Of a stretch of DNA of 63,073 nucleotides, positions 9,318 to 18,965 are shown piece after piece (position 1 is the stretch's first letter; the number at the start of each line of letters is the position of its first letter). The position numbers and the translations under genes were made by a program. The notes beneath the pieces were generated by a model, which worked only from the letters and a program-made list of their open reading frames with translations, did not search any database and had not been told where the DNA came from. The stretch covers positions 1-63,073 of the forward strand of contig JBEKCB010000031.1 of NCBI GenBank assembly GCA_050015075.1. Direction: 5' to 3'. This stretch comes from Candidatus Brocadiia bacterium. Lineage in GTDB: Bacteria; Planctomycetota; Brocadiia; CAIUPP01.

Positions 9318-11309
9318 ATGTCCTTGCTCCTCATCGGACTCGCGATTGTGATCCTCGGCGGCGGCGCGGCGCTGGCCGCGAACCGGCGCGCGGACGCGGC
9401 ATCGCTCATCGGCGCGGGCGGCGCGCTGATCGGGTGCGGCGTTGCGTTCGCCGGCGCCTTGCGGGCGCTGCTCGCGGGCGGCGCGGAATCGCTGCGCCTT
9501 CCGTGGGCCGTGCCGCTGGGCGGATTTCACCTGCAGCTCGACGCGCTCTCCGCGCTCTTCCTGCTTCCGGTGCTGGGCTTGTCCGGAGTCGCGGCGGTGT
9601 ACGGCGCGGAATACCTCCGCGGCTCGCTTCCGCTGAGATCGCAGGGCTTCTCGTGGTTCTGCTACAACCTGCTCATCGCGAGCATGGCGCTGGTCATCGT
9701 CGCGGCGGACGGCGTGCTGTTCCTCGTCGCGTGGGAAGTCATGGCGCTCTCGTCGTTCTTCCTCGTCGCGTTCGAGCACGACCGCAGGGAAGTGCGCGAT
9801 GCGGCGTGGACCTACCTGATCGCCTCGCATCTCGGGACGGCGTTCATCGTGGCGTTCTTTCTGATCCTGGGCACGCGCGCCGGGTCGTTCGACTTCGACC
9901 GGATCGGCGGCGTCTCGGGCGCGCGGGCGGGCCTGCTCTTCCTCTTCGCGGTCATCGGGTTCGGGACGAAGGCCGGCTTCATGCCGCTCCACGTCTGGCT
10001 GCCGGAAGCGCACCCGGCCGCGCCGAGCCACGTCTCGGCGGTCATGTCGGGCGTGATGATCAAGACGGGCATCTACGGCATCCTCCGCGCGGTCACGCTC
10101 CTCGGCGCGCCGGCGGAGTGGTGGGGCTGGCTGCTGGTGGGAATCGGGCTGACCTCGGGCGTGCTCGGCGTGCTCTTCGCGCTGGCGCAGCACGACGTCA
10201 AGCGGCTGCTGGCGTACCACAGCGTGGAGAACATCGGGATCATCGCGCTCGGGATGGGCATCGGGCTGATCGGCGTGAGCGCGGAGATGCCGGCGCTGGC
10301 GGTGATCGGGTTCGCCGGCGCGCTGCTGCACGTCGTCAATCACGCGGTGTTCAAGGGGCTGCTGTTCCTCGGCGCGGGCGCGGTGCAGCACGCGACGGGC
10401 ACGCGCGAGATAGACCATCTCGGCGGGCTGCTCAAGCGGATGCCCTGGACGGGCGCGGCGTTCCTGGTCGGCGCAGCGGCCATCTCCGGCCTGCCGCCGC
10501 TGAACGGGTTCGTGAGCGAATTCCTGATTTACCTCGGCGCGTTCCACGGCGGCGCGGCGCTGAACGGCGCGAACGCCGTCGCCTCGATCTTCGCGATCCT
10601 GGCCCTGGCGCTGATCGGCGGGCTGGCGCTGGCCTGCTTCGCCAAGGCGTTCGGCATCATCTTCCTGGGCGAGCCGCGGAGCGAACATGCCCTTCACGCG
10701 CACGAGGCCGGGCCGGCCATGCGGCTGCCGATGCTGCTCCTGGCCGCCGCCTGCCTGGCGATCGGCCTTTGCGCGCCGCAAGTCGTCCGGGCGATGGCGC
10801 CGGCCGTTGGCTGCATCGTGGCCACGCCGCCCGTCGAGACGGCCCGCCTGTTGAGCGCCGCCGCCCTGCCGCTGTCGGGCATCGTCCTCTGCGCCGCCGG
10901 ATTTCTTTTCCTGGCGGCGCTGCTCGCGTTGATTCGATTCCGGCTCGCGGGTCGCGATGCCCCGGCGCGGACGGGCACGTGGGACTGCGGCTACGCCCGG
11001 CCGACGGCGCGGATGCAGTACACCGCCTCGTCGTTCGCACAGCCGCTGACGGACCTGTTCCGGGTTTTCCTCGGTACGCGCCGGGAATTCACGCCGCCGC
11101 AGGGCGTGCTGCCGACGCAGGCGTGCGAATTCCACAGCGAAACGCCCGACATGTTCACCGAGCGCTGCTTCCGGCCCGTTTTCGCCGGCATCGCCTGGCT
11201 TATGGCGCACCCGCGCCGGCTCCAGCACGGGCGCGTGCAATTGTACGTGCTCTACGTAGCGCTGACGCTCGTCGCGCTGTTGATCTGGTACCTGGGGTGG
11301 CTGTCATGA
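9318..11309 (+). CDS. hyfB: HyfB-like antiporter-type membrane subunit (NuoL/MrpA family) of an Ehr complex
   Basis: WEVM, GTKAGFMPLHVWLPEAHPAAPSHVSA, KRLLAYHSVENIG, NHAVFKGLLF, WDCGY. Confidence 0.88.
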   Translation: MSLLLIGLAIVILGGGAALAANRRADAASLIGAGGALIGCGVAFAGALRALLAGGAESLRLPWAVPLGGFHLQLDALSALFLLPVLGLSGVAAVYGAEYLRGSLPLRSQGFSWFCYNLLIASMALVIVAADGVLFLVAWEVMALSSFFLVAFEHDRREVRDAAWTYLIASHLGTAFIVAFFLILGTRAGSFDFDRIGGVSGARAGLLFLFAVIGFGTKAGFMPLHVWLPEAHPAAPSHVSAVMSGVMIKTGIYGILRAVTLLGAPAEWWGWLLVGIGLTSGVLGVLFALAQHDVKRLLAYHSVENIGIIALGMGIGLIGVSAEMPALAVIGFAGALLHVVNHAVFKGLLFLGAGAVQHATGTREIDHLGGLLKRMPWTGAAFLVGAAAISGLPPLNGFVSEFLIYLGAFHGGAALNGANAVASIFAILALALIGGLALACFAKAFGIIFLGEPRSEHALHAHEAGPAMRLPMLLLAAACLAIGLCAPQVVRAMAPAVGCIVATPPVETARLLSAAALPLSGIVLCAAGFLFLAALLALIRFRLAGRDAPARTGTWDCGYARPTARMQYTASSFAQPLTDLFRVFLGTRREFTPPQGVLPTQACEFHSETPDMFTERCFRPVFAGIAWLMAHPRRLQHGRVQLYVLYVALTLVALLIWYLGWLS

Positions 11310-12232
11310 GCGCGATCCAACTGATCCATCCGCTGCTCGCGCTGCTCCTGGCGCCGCTGATGCTCGGCGTCATCGTCCGCACCAAGTCGTTCTTCGCCGG
11401 GCGGACCGGCCCGCCGCTGCTGCAACTGTACGCCGACCTCTTCAAGCTGCTGCGGAAGGGATCGGTGTACAGCCGCACGACATCGTGGATCTTCCGCGCC
11501 GGGCCGGTCGTGGGACTGGCGGCGGCGATGGCCGCGCTGGCGCTGACGCCGTTCGGCGGGCAGCGCGCGGTGGTGAACTTCCCGTGCGACTTAATCGCGC
11601 TGGCGTACCTGCTCGGGCTGATGCGCTTCTTCACGATCCTGGCCGCGCTCGACACCGGCTCGGCGTTCGAGGGCATGGGTGCCAGCCGCGAGGCGCAGTT
11701 CTCCGCGCTCGCCGAGCCGGCGCTGCTGCTCGGGCTGGCCGCGGTGGCGCGGCTGACCGGCTGCCTTTCAGTGGGCGAGCTTTCGCTGAGCGAAATGCTG
11801 GCCCGCGTCACGCCGGCGGCCTGGCAGCACGCGGGCGCGGCGCTCGGGCTCGTCGCGGCGGCGCTGCTGGTGGTCTTCCTGGCCGAGAACGCGCGCATCC
11901 CGGTGGACGATCCGAACACGCACCTGGAACTGACGATGATCCACGAAGTCATGGTCCTCGATCACAGCGGCCCGGACTTCGCGTACATCCTGTACGGCGC
12001 GGCGCTGAAGATGTGGATCCTCGGCGCGGTGCTCATCGGCGTCGTTGCGCCGGTGCGGACCGGCGACGCGGCGCTGGACCTCGGCGCGGCGCTCGGCGGC
12101 ATGTTCGCGCTGGCCGTGCTCGTCGGCGTCATTGAATCCGTCATGGCGCGCCTGCGGCTGCTGCGCGTGCCGCAGATGCTCGTCGGCGCGACGGTGCTCT
12201 CCGGGCTGGCGCTGGTCCTTCTGTTGAGGTGA
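11306..12232 (+). CDS. hyfC: HyfC/HycD-like NuoH-family membrane subunit
   Basis: GRTGPPLLQLYADLFKLLRK, ALDTGSAFEGMGASRE, ENARIPVDDPNTHLELTMIHE; ATGA overlap with hyfB. Confidence 0.88.
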   Translation: MSAIQLIHPLLALLLAPLMLGVIVRTKSFFAGRTGPPLLQLYADLFKLLRKGSVYSRTTSWIFRAGPVVGLAAAMAALALTPFGGQRAVVNFPCDLIALAYLLGLMRFFTILAALDTGSAFEGMGASREAQFSALAEPALLLGLAAVARLTGCLSVGELSLSEMLARVTPAAWQHAGAALGLVAAALLVVFLAENARIPVDDPNTHLELTMIHEVMVLDHSGPDFAYILYGAALKMWILGAVLIGVVAPVRTGDAALDLGAALGGMFALAVLVGVIESVMARLRLLRVPQMLVGATVLSGLALVLLLR

Positions 12233-12879
12233 GCATGAGCGGCTGGATAGACGTTGTCATGGTGGCGCTGATCCTGACGAACCTCGTGGTGCTCGGCTCG
12301 AGCCGGCTGAACACCTGCATCCGCGTCATCGCGCTGCAGGGCGTGGCGCTCGGCACGCTGCCGCTGATGGCCGGGCCGAGCGTGCTGCCGCTGAGGATGA
12401 TCGCGTTGACCGCGGGCACGATGGGCCTGAAGGGCGTCGTGTTTCCGTGGCTGCTGCTGCGCGCGATGCGCCAGGCGGAAGTCCGCCGCGAGGTGGAGCC
12501 GTACGTCGGCTACATCTGGTCGGTGGTGGTCGGGCTGGTTTCGCTGGGCGTTTCGGTGTGGCTGGGTGCGCGGCTGCCGCTGCCCGGCCCGGTGCATCCG
12601 ACGCTCGCCGTGCCCGTGGCGCTGTTCATGATCTTCGTCGGCCTCTTCGTCATCATCAGCCGCCGCACCGCGCTGAGCCAGATCCTTGGCTACATCATCC
12701 TGGAGAACGGCATTTATGCCTTCGCCATGGTGATCCTGGGCGAGGTGCCGGTACTGGTCGAACTGGGGGTTCTGCTCGACGCCTTCGTCGCGGTGTTCGT
12801 GATGGGCATCGCGATCTATCACATCAGCCGCGAGTTCGACCACGTGGACGCGGACCAGTTGGATACCTTGAAAGGCTGA
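12229..12879 (+). CDS. hyfE: HyfE-like membrane subunit
   Basis: Hydrophobic 216 aa with QILGYIILENGI and LVELGVLLD motifs; GTGA overlap. Confidence 0.85.
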   Translation: MSMSGWIDVVMVALILTNLVVLGSSRLNTCIRVIALQGVALGTLPLMAGPSVLPLRMIALTAGTMGLKGVVFPWLLLRAMRQAEVRREVEPYVGYIWSVVVGLVSLGVSVWLGARLPLPGPVHPTLAVPVALFMIFVGLFVIISRRTALSQILGYIILENGIYAFAMVILGEVPVLVELGVLLDAFVAVFVMGIAIYHISREFDHVDADQLDTLKG

Positions 12880-12882
12880 GGT

Positions 12883-14361
12883 GTGACCTCTTCCGCGATA
12901 TTCTGGGCGCTGCTGCTGATCCCGGCCGCGGGAAGCGGGATCTGCCTGCTCCTGCGCACGCCGCGCGCCGTCCTGCTGCTGGTCTGCGCCGGGGTGCTCG
13001 GCAGCGCCGTGCTCGCCTTCTGCGCGGCGGCGCGGGCGCTCGCGTGCGGCGGGCTCGTCTCGCCCGGCGAATGGTTCTTCCTCGACGCGCTTTCGGCGTA
13101 TCACCTCATGATCATGATGGCCGTCTTTTCGCTCAGCTCGCTTTACACGCTCAGCTACTTCCGCCGCGAAGCGCAGACGGGCGAGTTCACGCCCCGGCTG
13201 GCGCGGCGCTTCGGAGCGCTGTGGTTCGGCGCGCTGGCCGCCATGACGCTGGTGCTGATCTCGAACAACCTCGGCATCATGTGGGTCGGCATCGAGGCCA
13301 CGACGCTCGTCACGGCGTTCCTCATCTGCCTGCACCGGTCGCCCGCTTCGCTCGAAGCGATGTGGAAGTACATCATCATCTGCTCGGTCGGCGTGGCGTT
13401 TGCGTTCATGGGCACGCTGCTGGTGGGCGCCTCGACCGCGCGGCAACTGCCCGCGGCCGATGCGCTGCTCTGGACGAAGCTCTACGCCGCCTCCGGCGCG
13501 CTCAACCCGGTGCTGCTCAAGGCGGGCTTCCTGTTCCTGCTGGTCGGCTACGGCACGAAGGCGGGACTCGCGCCGATGCACAGTTGGCTGCCCGACGCGC
13601 ACAGCCAGGCGCCCTCGCCTGTCTCGGCGCTCTTCAGCGGCTTCCTCCTGAACGCCGCGCTGTACTGCATCCTGCGCTACGTGCCGCTGGTCGAGCGCGC
13701 GACGAACTATTCCGGCTGGAGCCTGCGGCTGCTGGCGCTCTTCGGCGCGGTCTCGATCCTCACCGCGGCGGCGTTCATCTACTTCCAGCGCGACGTGAAA
13801 CGGCTTCTCGCGTACAGCAGCGTGGAACACATCGGCATCGTGGCGCTCGGCATGGGGCTGGGAGGCGCGGGCGCGCTGGGCGCGCTCTTCCACATGCTCA
13901 ACCATTCGCTCGCCAAGACACTCGCCTTCTTCAGCGCCGGCCGCCTGGGACAGATGTACGGCACGCATGACATGGACCGGATCAGCGGGGCGCTGAGGGC
14001 GGCGCCGGTCTGGGGCAAAGGGCTGCTCCTGAGCCTTCTCTGCCTGATCGGAGTCGCGCCGTTCGCGATCTTCATGAGCGAGTTGCAGATCGTGTCCGCG
14101 GCGGCCGCCGGCGGCGCGTGGTGGACCATGGGACTTTTCCTGTTCGGCGTCGGCGTGGTGTTCGTCGGCGCGCTCAAGCACGCCGTCTCGATGTCGTGGG
14201 GCGCGCCGGCTGAAGGAGTGAAAGAGGAGCGGGCGGACGCGCTCGAGGCCGTCCTGGCTTTCGCGCCGATGGCCGCGCTGCTCGCGCTGGGTCTCTGGAT
14301 GCCGGCTTTCCTGCGCGACGCCATCGTCCAGGCTGCCGCCATCGTCGGAGGCCGGCCATGA
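12883..14361 (+). CDS. hyfF: HyfF-like antiporter-type membrane subunit
   Basis: WVGIEATT, SLEAMWKY, GTKAGLAPMHSWLPDAHSQAPSPVSA, KRLLAYSSVEH. Confidence 0.88.
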   Translation: MTSSAIFWALLLIPAAGSGICLLLRTPRAVLLLVCAGVLGSAVLAFCAAARALACGGLVSPGEWFFLDALSAYHLMIMMAVFSLSSLYTLSYFRREAQTGEFTPRLARRFGALWFGALAAMTLVLISNNLGIMWVGIEATTLVTAFLICLHRSPASLEAMWKYIIICSVGVAFAFMGTLLVGASTARQLPAADALLWTKLYAASGALNPVLLKAGFLFLLVGYGTKAGLAPMHSWLPDAHSQAPSPVSALFSGFLLNAALYCILRYVPLVERATNYSGWSLRLLALFGAVSILTAAAFIYFQRDVKRLLAYSSVEHIGIVALGMGLGGAGALGALFHMLNHSLAKTLAFFSAGRLGQMYGTHDMDRISGALRAAPVWGKGLLLSLLCLIGVAPFAIFMSELQIVSAAAAGGAWWTMGLFLFGVGVVFVGALKHAVSMSWGAPAEGVKEERADALEAVLAFAPMAALLALGLWMPAFLRDAIVQAAAIVGGRP

Positions 14362-15872
14362 GTTCCATGCTCCTGCTCCAGAACGGCCGCGCGGTTCCCC
14401 TGGCCGAACTGCCCATCGTCGGCATGGCCGAGTTCCGCGACTCGATCCTGGGCGCGACGCAATCCGGCGCGCGCATCGTCTCGCTCTTCGGACAGCCGCA
14501 CGGAAGCGGCGTGCGCCTGTATGCGGTGCTCACCGGCCACGAGGGCGCCACGCTTTCGGCGCTGTCGGCCGACGCGGGGGCGAGCTATTCCGCCTTGACG
14601 CCCGACTGCACGCAGGCGCACTGGTTCGAGCGCGAGATCGCCGAGCAATGGGGCGTGCGGCCCGAAGGCCATCCGTGGCTGAAGCCGATCCGGTTCCATC
14701 GCTCGTACCGCCCCGGCTGCGACGCGTGGGGCCGCAAGCCGGACGAGGAGATTCTCCCGGGCGTGACGGATTTCTTCCGCGTCGAGGGCGAGGAAGTCCA
14801 CGAGGTAGCCGTCGGCCCGGTCCACGCGGGCGTGATCGAGCCGGGGCATTTCCGCTTTCAGTGCCACGGCGAGGACGTGTTCCACCTGGAGATTTCGCTC
14901 GGCTACCAGCATCGCGGCGTCGAGCGCGCGCTCGTCGGCGGGCCGGACCGGCGGACGCCGCACTTCATGGAAACGCTCGCCGGCGACACGACGATCGGCC
15001 ACGCGACGGCTTACGCGCAGGCGGTCGAGTCGCTGGCCCGCGCCACGCCGCCCGCGCGCGCCGAAGTGCTCCGCGGGATCGCGCTCGAACTCGAGCGGAT
15101 CGCGAACCACACCGGCGACCTCGGCGCGCTCGCCGGCGACATCGGCTATCTGCCCACCGCTTCCTACTGCGGCCGGCTGCGCGGCGACGTGCTGAACCTG
15201 ACCGCGCTCGCCTGCGGCAACCGCTTCGGCCGGTCGTGGCTGGTCCCCGGCGGCGCGGCGTTCGACCTCGAACCCGCGCGCGCCGCCGAGCTGCGCGAGC
15301 GCCTGCAGAAAGCGCTGGCCGACATCCGCAACGCCGCGGACCTGCTCTGGAACACGCCGTCGGTCCTGGCGCGGTTCGAGGACGCCGGCCCGGTTTCGAA
15401 GGAAGCCGCCGTGGAACTCGGCCTGGTCGGCCCGGCGGCGCGTGCGAGCGGGCTGAACCGCGACGTGCGCTTCGAGCTGCCCGCCGGCATCTGGCGCTTC
15501 ACGCACATCCCGATCTCCTGCTGGCACGACGGCGACGTGTTCGCGCGCGCGTATGTCCGCTGGCTGGAAATCCAACGCTCGGCCGATTTCATCCTGGCGC
15601 AGCTCGAATCGCTGCCCGAAGGCCTGATCCGCTCGCCCGTCGGCCCGCCGGCGCCGGACCGGTTCGTCGTCTCGATGACCGAAGGCTGGCGCGGCGAAAT
15701 CTGCCATGTCGCCATCACCGACGCGCGCGGCCGCTTCGCGCGCTACAAAGTCACCGACCCGTCGTTCCATAACTGGATGGGCCTGGCGCTGGCGCTGCGC
15801 GGCCAGCAGATTTCCGATTTCCCGCTCTGCAACAAGAGCTTTAACCTTTCGTACTGCGGGCATGATTTGTGA
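14358..15872 (+). CDS. HyfG/HycE-like large subunit (NuoC+NuoD fusion) without NiFe-binding cysteine pairs; EhrL type
   Basis: WFEREIAE, VGPVHAGVIEPGHFRF, LGYQHRG present; ETLAGD replaces RxCGxC and KSFNLSYCGHDL replaces DPCxxC. Confidence 0.88.
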   Translation: MSSMLLLQNGRAVPLAELPIVGMAEFRDSILGATQSGARIVSLFGQPHGSGVRLYAVLTGHEGATLSALSADAGASYSALTPDCTQAHWFEREIAEQWGVRPEGHPWLKPIRFHRSYRPGCDAWGRKPDEEILPGVTDFFRVEGEEVHEVAVGPVHAGVIEPGHFRFQCHGEDVFHLEISLGYQHRGVERALVGGPDRRTPHFMETLAGDTTIGHATAYAQAVESLARATPPARAEVLRGIALELERIANHTGDLGALAGDIGYLPTASYCGRLRGDVLNLTALACGNRFGRSWLVPGGAAFDLEPARAAELRERLQKALADIRNAADLLWNTPSVLARFEDAGPVSKEAAVELGLVGPAARASGLNRDVRFELPAGIWRFTHIPISCWHDGDVFARAYVRWLEIQRSADFILAQLESLPEGLIRSPVGPPAPDRFVVSMTEGWRGEICHVAITDARGRFARYKVTDPSFHNWMGLALALRGQQISDFPLCNKSFNLSYCGHDL

Positions 15873-15878
15873 AGGATG

Positions 15879-15974
15879 GGAGATTGGGTGATTGGGTGAT
15901 TGGGAGATTGAGATGTTGAGCCCGGCGGCCTTCCGTACGCCCAATCTCTCAATTTCCCAACCTCCTGATTTCCC
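15879..15974. repeat. Inverted arrays of short octamer tandem repeats
   Basis: GGAGATTG GGTGATTG GGTGATTG GGAGATTG AGATGTTG followed by inverted CCAATCTC TCAATTTC CCAACCTC CTGATTTC. Confidence 0.7.
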
Positions 15975-15998
15975 CTGTCTTCTTCTGCGAGATAACGC

Positions 15999-16763
15999 AT
16001 GCTGAAAGCCCTGATGGCGCGTATTCGGCAGAAGCACCGGACGATCCGCTGGCCGGGGCGCGAGCCGGTCATGCCGGACCGTTTCCGCGGACGGCCCGAG
16101 ATCGAGCGCTCGCGGTGCACCGACGATTGCCGCTGCTGCGTCGAGTCCTGCCCGACCGGCGCGATCGAGCGGACCGCGGCCGGCCCGCGCATAGACCTTG
16201 GCCGCTGCCTGTTCTGCGCCGACTGCGTCCAGGCGTGCCCGCATGGCGCGCTGCGGTTCACGCAGGAGTACCGCATGGCCGCGCGCGGACGGGGCGACCT
16301 GCTATACTCCGAGGGAGAATACCGCCTCGCGCGCGCGCTCGATGACAAGGCGCGGCGGCTGTTCGGGCGCTCGCTGAAGTTGCGCCAGGTCAGCGCCGGC
16401 GGCTGCAACGGCTGCGAGGCGGACATGAACGTGCTGGGCACGGTGGTCTTCGACATGGGCCGGTTCGGCATCCAGTTCGTCGCCTCGCCGCGCCACGCCG
16501 ACGGGCTGCTCATCACCGGCCCGGTCACCGCGAACATGCTGCTGGCGCTGCGCAAGACGTACGAGGCGCTGCCGCCGCCGAAGCTCGTCATCGCCGCCGG
16601 CGCGTGCGCCATCTCCGGCGGGCCGTACATCGGCCGCCCCGAAGTCCACAACGGCGCCACCGAACTGCTGCCCGTGGACCTCTATATCCCCGGCTGTCCG
16701 CCGCACCCGATGACCACGCTCGACGGCCTGCTGCGGCTCCTGGGCCGGCTCGAATCGCGATGA
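15999..16763 (+). CDS. Fused 2x[4Fe-4S] ferredoxin (HyfH/NuoI-like) and small subunit (HyfI/NuoB-like); EhrS type
   Basis: CTDDCRCCVESCP, CLFCADCVQACP, then GGCNGCE, ASPRHADG, GACAISGG, IPGCPPHP. Confidence 0.88.
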   Translation: MLKALMARIRQKHRTIRWPGREPVMPDRFRGRPEIERSRCTDDCRCCVESCPTGAIERTAAGPRIDLGRCLFCADCVQACPHGALRFTQEYRMAARGRGDLLYSEGEYRLARALDDKARRLFGRSLKLRQVSAGGCNGCEADMNVLGTVVFDMGRFGIQFVASPRHADGLLITGPVTANMLLALRKTYEALPPPKLVIAAGACAISGGPYIGRPEVHNGATELLPVDLYIPGCPPHPMTTLDGLLRLLGRLESR

Positions 16764-16863
16764 GGTTGCGCGGCGGGCAGGTTTGTGATTTGATAAAGAA
16801 ATCCCCGCGAACGGCAGCGCATAGACGGCGATTCAAGGTCGCGCAGGAGCGAAGGGGCCAGCC

Positions 16864-17976
16864 ATGAACGCAGAAATCATCTGCCTGTACGCGTTCGACA
16901 TCGCCCAGGAGGCCGATCTTCCGCGGATCGAGGCCCTGGTGACCGGGACTGCGGAGCAGGTCCGGCTCGGCCACCTCAAGGACGCTCCGCCCGGTTTTCC
17001 AATGTACCGCCCCATTGCCATCCGCGACGAAGCCATGCCGGCCGAAGGCCCGCATGGGCCCGTGACGCTGTTCGCCTCGGTCAAGCTGTTCGCGGTCGGC
17101 GCCATGTCCATCAAGGTCCGCCTGCCCGTCGCCTGCGAGCACATCGCGGACCTGCAGGCGCATCGCAACCTGCTCTTCACGGATGGCGGCGCGCTGGAGC
17201 AGCGCGTCATCGGCATCGCGCGGCAGGTCTTCGAGAAGGTCAAGCCGGGGCTCGACACGCCGGTCCCCGAATTGCCGCCGCCGGAGAGATACACGGTCTT
17301 CTGCATCAGCACGCCGTTCCCGGCGGAAGCGGGCGGAGACTCCGATTGCGCGGCCTGGCTGCGAAAACACGAGCGCGCGGTCGCCGCGCTCCTCGTCGGC
17401 GAACCGGAGCCCACCCGCTTGAGCCAGCAGGAGGTCCAGGACACGGCGAAGTGCTGGTATTCCTACTATCAGCGCGACCTGGCGGTCATTGACTGGGACG
17501 CCGCCCTGCTGATTGACGCGCCGGAGGACTACAACGACACGCTCTACGTGATCGAGATGGCGAACCTGCAATTGGAGGAACTGCGCGTCTACGACCAGAA
17601 GCTCGATTCCGTGCTCGACAAGGCATATGCCGACGTGGAGCGCGCCGCGCCTTCCTATGCCTTTGGGGAGCGGCAGCGCGTCTTGAGGGAACTGCGGGAA
17701 ATCCGCATGGACATGACCAAGGTCTCCGATGAGATTTCGAACATCACGAAGTTCTTCGGGGAATGGCACCTGGCGCGGATCTACATGGGCTGCGCCGAGC
17801 GCTTCCATCTCGCGGAATGGGAGAACATGGTCAGTCAGAAACTGCGCGCCCTGGACGGCCTCTACACCATGCTCCAGCAGGACAGCACCAGCCGCGCATT
17901 GCTCATCCTCGATGCCGCCATCGTCGGACTCTTCGTCATAGACCTCGTCGTCATCATCCTTCTCGGCCTGCGATAA
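16864..17976 (+). CDS. Conserved hypothetical protein, RMD1/DUF155-like with C-terminal TM helix
   Basis: YAFDI start, IDWDAALL, EMANLQLEELRVYD, LARIY and terminal hydrophobic helix. Confidence 0.6.
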   Translation: MNAEIICLYAFDIAQEADLPRIEALVTGTAEQVRLGHLKDAPPGFPMYRPIAIRDEAMPAEGPHGPVTLFASVKLFAVGAMSIKVRLPVACEHIADLQAHRNLLFTDGGALEQRVIGIARQVFEKVKPGLDTPVPELPPPERYTVFCISTPFPAEAGGDSDCAAWLRKHERAVAALLVGEPEPTRLSQQEVQDTAKCWYSYYQRDLAVIDWDAALLIDAPEDYNDTLYVIEMANLQLEELRVYDQKLDSVLDKAYADVERAAPSYAFGERQRVLRELREIRMDMTKVSDEISNITKFFGEWHLARIYMGCAERFHLAEWENMVSQKLRALDGLYTMLQQDSTSRALLILDAAIVGLFVIDLVVIILLGLR

Positions 17977-17978
17977 CG

Positions 17979-18047
17979 CCCGTTGCTTGTAGTGGCGCCG
18001 TAAGGCGCTACTTCGTATGCCCTGACGGGCACACTACGAGCGACGGG
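17979..18047. repeat. GTAG-type REP doublet in inverted orientation
   Basis: Outer arms cccgttgcttgtagtg / cactacgagcgacggg (2 mismatches) enclose hairpins gcgcc-gtaa-ggcgc and tgccc-tgac-gggca. Confidence 0.6.
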
Positions 18048-18121
18048 TTTGAGCCGGAAGTGCGATTGATGTATCATGCCCGCGGTGACAATGACAGGAT
18101 TTTGTTTTCGAGGGGAACGCG

Positions 18122-18928
18122 ATGGCGAAATCGAAGGCGAAACTGCGGAGCCTGTTCCTGGACGAGCTGACGACGACCGAGGTAGAGGCGTATCTCAAGC
18201 GCGGCGGCCGGACCGCGCTGATCCCGGCCGGGTCCGTGGAGATGCACGGTCCGCACATGCCCATCGGCACGGATACGATGATCGCGCGCGCCTTCTGCAT
18301 GCGGCTGGCGGCCGAGACCGACGGCATCGTCTTCCCCGACGTGGCCTATTCCTGGGCCGGCGCGACCGAGGGCTTCGCCGGCACCGTCTCCGTGCCGCCG
18401 GAAAAGTTCATGGAGCTGGTGACGCTGATCGCGGTGAAGGCCTGGAAAACGGGATTTCGCCGGATCGCGGTGGTGAGCGTCCACGGCCCCAACGACGACA
18501 TGATGTTCCTCTGCGTGCGGCGGCTCTACGAGGTCCACGGCGTCCCGGCGCAATTCATCAATCCCTGGCGTGTGCAGTCGCCCGAGGCCGCGGCGTTGTT
18601 CGCCGGCAAATGGGCCGGCGGCAAGGAAGTTTCGCTGATGCTCGCCGCGCTGGACGTGCTGGGAAAGTCGAAGCTTTATTCGGAGAAAGAGCTGGCCCAC
18701 GACGACCCCGCGCCGCCGCTCCTGGCGTACCAGATGGGCTTCAAGGGCGTGACCGGCTTCTTCTACCAGGACATGCGCCATCACGTCGCGCCGACGCGCT
18801 GCACCTCCAAAGCGCGCGGCCAGAAGTTCTTCGACGCGCAGGTCAAGCCGCTCGCCGCGAGCATCAAGGCGCTGGACAAATACGTCCGCCTGGCCAAGCG
18901 CCAGAAGAACCAGGGCTGGTTCCGGTAA
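18122..18928 (+). CDS. Creatininase family amidohydrolase
   Basis: LIPAGSVEMHGPHMPIGTD, FAGTVS and VHGPN motifs. Confidence 0.8.
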   Translation: MAKSKAKLRSLFLDELTTTEVEAYLKRGGRTALIPAGSVEMHGPHMPIGTDTMIARAFCMRLAAETDGIVFPDVAYSWAGATEGFAGTVSVPPEKFMELVTLIAVKAWKTGFRRIAVVSVHGPNDDMMFLCVRRLYEVHGVPAQFINPWRVQSPEAAALFAGKWAGGKEVSLMLAALDVLGKSKLYSEKELAHDDPAPPLLAYQMGFKGVTGFFYQDMRHHVAPTRCTSKARGQKFFDAQVKPLAASIKALDKYVRLAKRQKNQGWFR

Positions 18929-18965
18929 GAGATTCGGCGGAAGTTCAGCGAACCGAGGGAGCTGC

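Noticed and set aside
14358-15872. Calling the complex a NiFe hydrogenase or formate hydrogenlyase
   Set aside because: Both NiFe CxxC motifs are absent and no fdh or hyp genes are adjacent
15879-15974. CRISPR array
   Set aside because: Units are 8 bp with no unique spacers and no cas genes are present
8514-16244. Very long minus-strand ORFs (908, 739, 821 aa) and the N-terminal extension of 8750..12232
   Set aside because: Shadow ORFs of high-GC coding sequence, Arg/Gly/Ala-rich with no motifs; the real hyfC starts at 11306
16783-16800. ttgtgatttgataaagaa as a Rex operator
   Set aside because: Only one half-site matches; too weak to support
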